From Bugula neritina (taxonomy: Eukaryota > Animalia > Bryozoa), in assembly GCA_964035545.1 (NCBI GenBank), contig OZ037769.1:9384129-9448128 (forward strand): a DNA stretch of 64,000 bases, written 5' to 3'. The position numbers were made by a program, and so were the translations under genes. Below are positions 59,888 to 64,000 of the stretch, one piece after another (positions within the stretch are counted from its first letter, which is position 1; each line of letters starts with the position of its first letter). The notes under the pieces were generated by a model. The model saw only the letters and a program-made list of their open reading frames with translations, was not told where the DNA came from and ran no database searches.

Positions 59888-61638
59888 TCACTATACCTAA
59901 AATTATAAATAACAGTGAACCAAAGCTACGTAATTTATTTAATTTACGTAGTTGCTATCTCATGTTACCGAAACCTTATGTAAAATAGTTTAACTTTATA
60001 GTAACTGTCTCATTCGCTAGAACCAAAGCTAAAGCTACTGCAACTGCTTGCCACAGAAAATGATTCGACCTGGTGGTAAAACGAAGTGGGTACAATAGTT
60101 TGTGGTTTTAGGGTTTGAAATCAGGGGTTTTGATCACCCCTAACTCTAAATTTAAGAATTGCATACTATTGCAATCATTTACCACCAAAGTGCAGCCGTC
60201 ACAAAACAATTCACAAATGTTATGATGGATATCAATATTAATTAAAACTTAAAAGATAATATATACTTATATTTATACTTATACTTATAGTTATACTTAT
60301 AATTATAGTACATGTTTACAGTGTGAGTGTGAGTGTTATTATTTGTATATATTATTTGAAATAACCGTTATTACTATTACTATTAGTAATACTATTACTA
60401 TTAGTATTAGTGTTGCTAATAGAATCGCTACTAAAAGTAACAAATATTTATATATATATATAAATAAATAACTCAAACTGTTTTAAAACAATCACATCAG
60501 ACTGAGACTCAGTACTACTACTACTACTAGTCCTAGTAGGAGTAGCCAGTGGATTCACAATGATGTTGATAATCACAAACTTTGTGATTATCAATATCAT
60601 TGTGACAAAGTGAAAGTGAATGAATCAAACTCAATGACCATCATAATCAGTATAACTTAAACTATAAATATTTATTTTCAATTCGTATAGTTTTAGTTTA
60701 GTTACTGTAACTATAAGTGTAACTATAGGTATCACTGATTACTATTAGTATTAGTTATGTTACTTATTAGTTATTACTAATGTGAGTAATCAGTAATGGT
60801 AATACTAATTGTACTACTATTAGTATAAGTAGGCTATTACTGTATTACTATTACTATTAGTATTATATTTAGTGAACATATTAAAAATTATGAATTCATT
60901 TTAAAATTTCATGTTTAATATTAGTATTACGTAAACTTAAAGGACTAAAAGGTAATATTATTTATTTCTATTGGTTCCATTACAGCTTTTTACCTCCCTA
61001 CCAATACCATCTACCTAGTTTTACTAAACTGGAATGGACAAGATTTTTCTCTTGATCTGAGCTCATCCTAATTCTAGTAGTAGTAGGCTTTCTTTTGATT
61101 AAATCTGAATTTTAATTTGCTCTGAGCCATTTAAATTAGTACCACATACTCTGCAATTTTGTACACTCCCAAGAGCTTCAACTACTATAAGTATAAAGAT
61201 GACCTTTGTTGAAGTTTTTTTTTCAATTTGTTCGTGATTTTCAGTGCCAGATTTTGATATTTTGCTTTTCCTATCTTACCAGAGACAATGATATTGATGA
61301 TCATTGTTTCTGCGTTTGTCGAATATCAAACTATCAATGCTTCCACCCCTTAATTGTTTGCCAACTTTTGAATATAAATATTAAAATTCCACAGCATTTT
61401 GATGCTTTTCCTTTCTTTTACTAATTCGTCTTGTAATTGAACTTTTTCTAGATTTTATAAATTTTACACAATTTTCAATGAACTATTGGAAGTCACACGA
61501 TAATTTGCCCATTGCTATCTTCTCACATGCATTGAGTATATGTACTACAGTTACATCACCTATTTAACGTATTCAATGTTTTGCTTGCGAGTTCTTTTAC
61601 TATGGTCACCTTGTACTTCCTAGTGTCAAGTGCCTAAT

Positions 61639-62058
61639 GGACCCTTTTCAGAGGTCCCCAATGTCTCCCCTTACAATTAAGAGTTGTGTCCTCCCAAAAT
61701 GAAAATGTTTAACAAGTTTAACTTAAACGTATTTTTGTGGTTTTGGTTGCTGAGCAAAGCTAAAGTGCCACTTCAGCATTGCTCAGTAACCAAAACCACA
61801 AAAATGCTTTCAAATTTAATTTCTTCCAAATTTTTCATGAAATATTTTTAAAATTGTTTTTAAGCTGCTAACACTCGTCCTCATACCAAAATATCTATTT
61901 CCTAAAAAACTAATACTATAGCATAATTAGAGTTTTAAGTAACAGCCAAACTTCAAGTTTTTAATAAGTGCTCTTTATACAAACGTTCAACCTCTCCAAT
62001 TTGGGGGGACACAACTCTTAATTGTAAAGGGAATATCAGGGACCTCTGAAAAGGGTCT
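61639..62058. mobile_element. MITE with AT target duplication (ISL2EU-like)
   Basis: About 60-bp imperfect TIRs RGACCCTTTTCAGAGGTCCC...TTACAATTAAGAGTTGTGTCC, AT on both flanks, internal hairpin at 61732-61805. Confidence 0.85.
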
Positions 62059-64000
62059 ATATAGAGCAACTAACAAAATTCTCTTTGCTTTGTTTTATTT
62101 TTACCCATTTTAAAAATTGAGCTTCAAATTTCTTTATTTTTTTCTGAAGTGATGATGATGCACAAGCTTTTCTTTTAAATAATTTTTTAATTACTCTCAG
62201 TTTTCTGTTATACTGTAGCTTGTATTGTATGAAACAGTTCAATTTCATATTTTTATCTCTGCCCTTCATGTCATCTGACAAATTGCCTTTCTACATTTCT
62301 CGATCAATCAATTCACCTGATGCTTTCCTGCCTGCTAACATGCAACCTTTACACATTTAATTTTAGTATAGTGCAAGGCTTATTAGTTTTCTTAAATTTC
62401 TATTCATTTATTTCCAATTATTGACAGATGAATCGAGTATTGTAGCCATCTATTTATTTTGTTTTATCATAATGCTTTCATTTAGTTACACTGTATCATC
62501 TGTTCATTCAGTACACTGATTCATTTACTGTGCTGTCTTATCTCTTCTTGTGACCAATGTAGAACATTTTTGCAATCTAAGTTTCATATTTTTGTAAAAA
62601 ATTTTGCTGTGTTTTTCAACACTTACAATTTTGATTTAATATCAAAGCTTTGGTCGTTCATATATACGAAACGATTTACTTTACTGCTTTATTTAAACGT
62701 GTAGTGTTTAGCAGCTTTCCTCAATAATACTGATGGTTGGATTAGACTTTAGAGGATACACAAAAAAATAGTAGAGATAGTTTCTTCAAAACATTAGCTG
62801 CAGTTGTCTACTTCAGTGTTATTTTTAGTTATTTATTCCAGCTCAGTGTTTCCTATACCTCATGTTGTTTCTCACTAATGCAATAACATTCTTAGCCATT
62901 CTAGTTATTTGCACAGTCTTTTATCTTTCTTGCAACCACATTACTATTACTAATGCTGCCACCAGTACCATCACTGCCACCACCACAGATACTACTAAGT
63001 CATTTGAATAATTTATTGTTTTAGTTTTCATTATTCAGTCTGCACTAATTGATCTTTATAAGAAGAACCATTTTAATGATTGTGTATTTCAATAGGTTGT
63101 ATTGGTAGATTTTATCCTCTTTCAATGGTCAAAATGGGTTGGTGGCTACTGTCCTCAAAGGCTGCAATGATCGATGTTATACTTGCCCTTTTATTCCACC
63201 TTCTGTTAACCTCTGTAACCAAAATCCTAATGCTTCATAATTTTTTCATTTTCTTTGTATTCTACCATGGAGTGACCTGAATTATCTATAATATTCCTTT
63301 CTGTATTCTTATCACCAAAAGCTATCTTGTGTTCCATTTCTTCAATAACTCTCTGAGAGTAGATGTTTAAGTTTCTAATGATTTTTACACCAGTATTTTC
63401 TTGTATTAGTTTTGCTCAGTCATAATATCATTTATCACTATGTGTAAGCCCATGAAGTTGACTCAACTCCCAATATATGATGACAGGAAGTCATAAACTG
63501 AAATAAAACGATTAGCTCATTCTCATCATTGTTAATAAATTGTTGGTAATAAGTTCAACTTTTAGATTAAGCATTAAACAGTCAAAATAGAGATGCGTTA
63601 AAGCTAACAAGTAAATTATGCAGAATTTGAACTGAAACTTAATTTTAGATTATCAGTCTACTATTGAAATTTACCAGTGTTAGTATTTTATTTTTGATTT
63701 ATCTATCATATGTTATCCCATTTGATATTTGCCTGCACTTTAATTACTTATTGGTATTTGATGCAATTTTAGGGCACTCTGTTATTTTGTAATACTTGTT
63801 TAAAATCTTGTCTTGTTATTAACAGATTTCAAAAAGGTTTCCAATAGTGAAAAATTACAAGTTGAGGGGAGACAATTGAACCATCAAACTTTACCAAATG
63901 GCATGTGCATCGAATTCAATTGAACTTGGAACAAGGTGAGTAATGATTACTTTACAAGATCTAACACGATTTCAAATCGTGAGTTACGTTTGCATCAAAA

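Noticed and set aside
62060-64000. Possible further gene (ORFs 62057-62281, 63080-63280; donor-like AAG|GTGAGT near 63935)
   Set aside because: No recognisable protein motif or phase-consistent exon chain within the window

Overview
AT-rich, intron-containing invertebrate (metazoan) genomic DNA; the species cannot be determined from the sequence. Four spliced genes were reconstructed by hand from splice sites and reading-frame phase: the 3' half of alsin (ALS2, +; MORN repeats and VPS9 domain), cyclin Y (CCNY, -), the GTPase DRG1 (-) and eIF4E-transporter (EIF4ENIF1/4E-T, +). Mobile DNA includes an apparently intact, very young Mag-type Gypsy element (250-bp LTRs with no differences found by eye, CTTTA TSD, tRNA-Leu PBS) carrying a nested MITE, a 5'-truncated CR1/L2-group LINE, a decayed R4/Dong-type non-LTR element, several MITEs, a 3.1-kb unclassified TIR element and a spliced fragment of a THAP/ISL2EU-type transposase gene. 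The most unusual signals are: (i) intronic minisatellites that are tandem copies of the adjacent exon/donor junction, or that sit against acceptors; (ii) cryptic period-6 TA-rich tracts concentrated around gene 5' ends; (iii) a DRG1 stop codon embedded in a splice donor, plus a GC-AG intron; (iv) DRG1-EIF4ENIF1 adjacency as in human, but apparently in a different orientation. All coordinates were read by eye and all homology calls come from remembered motifs, not searches.
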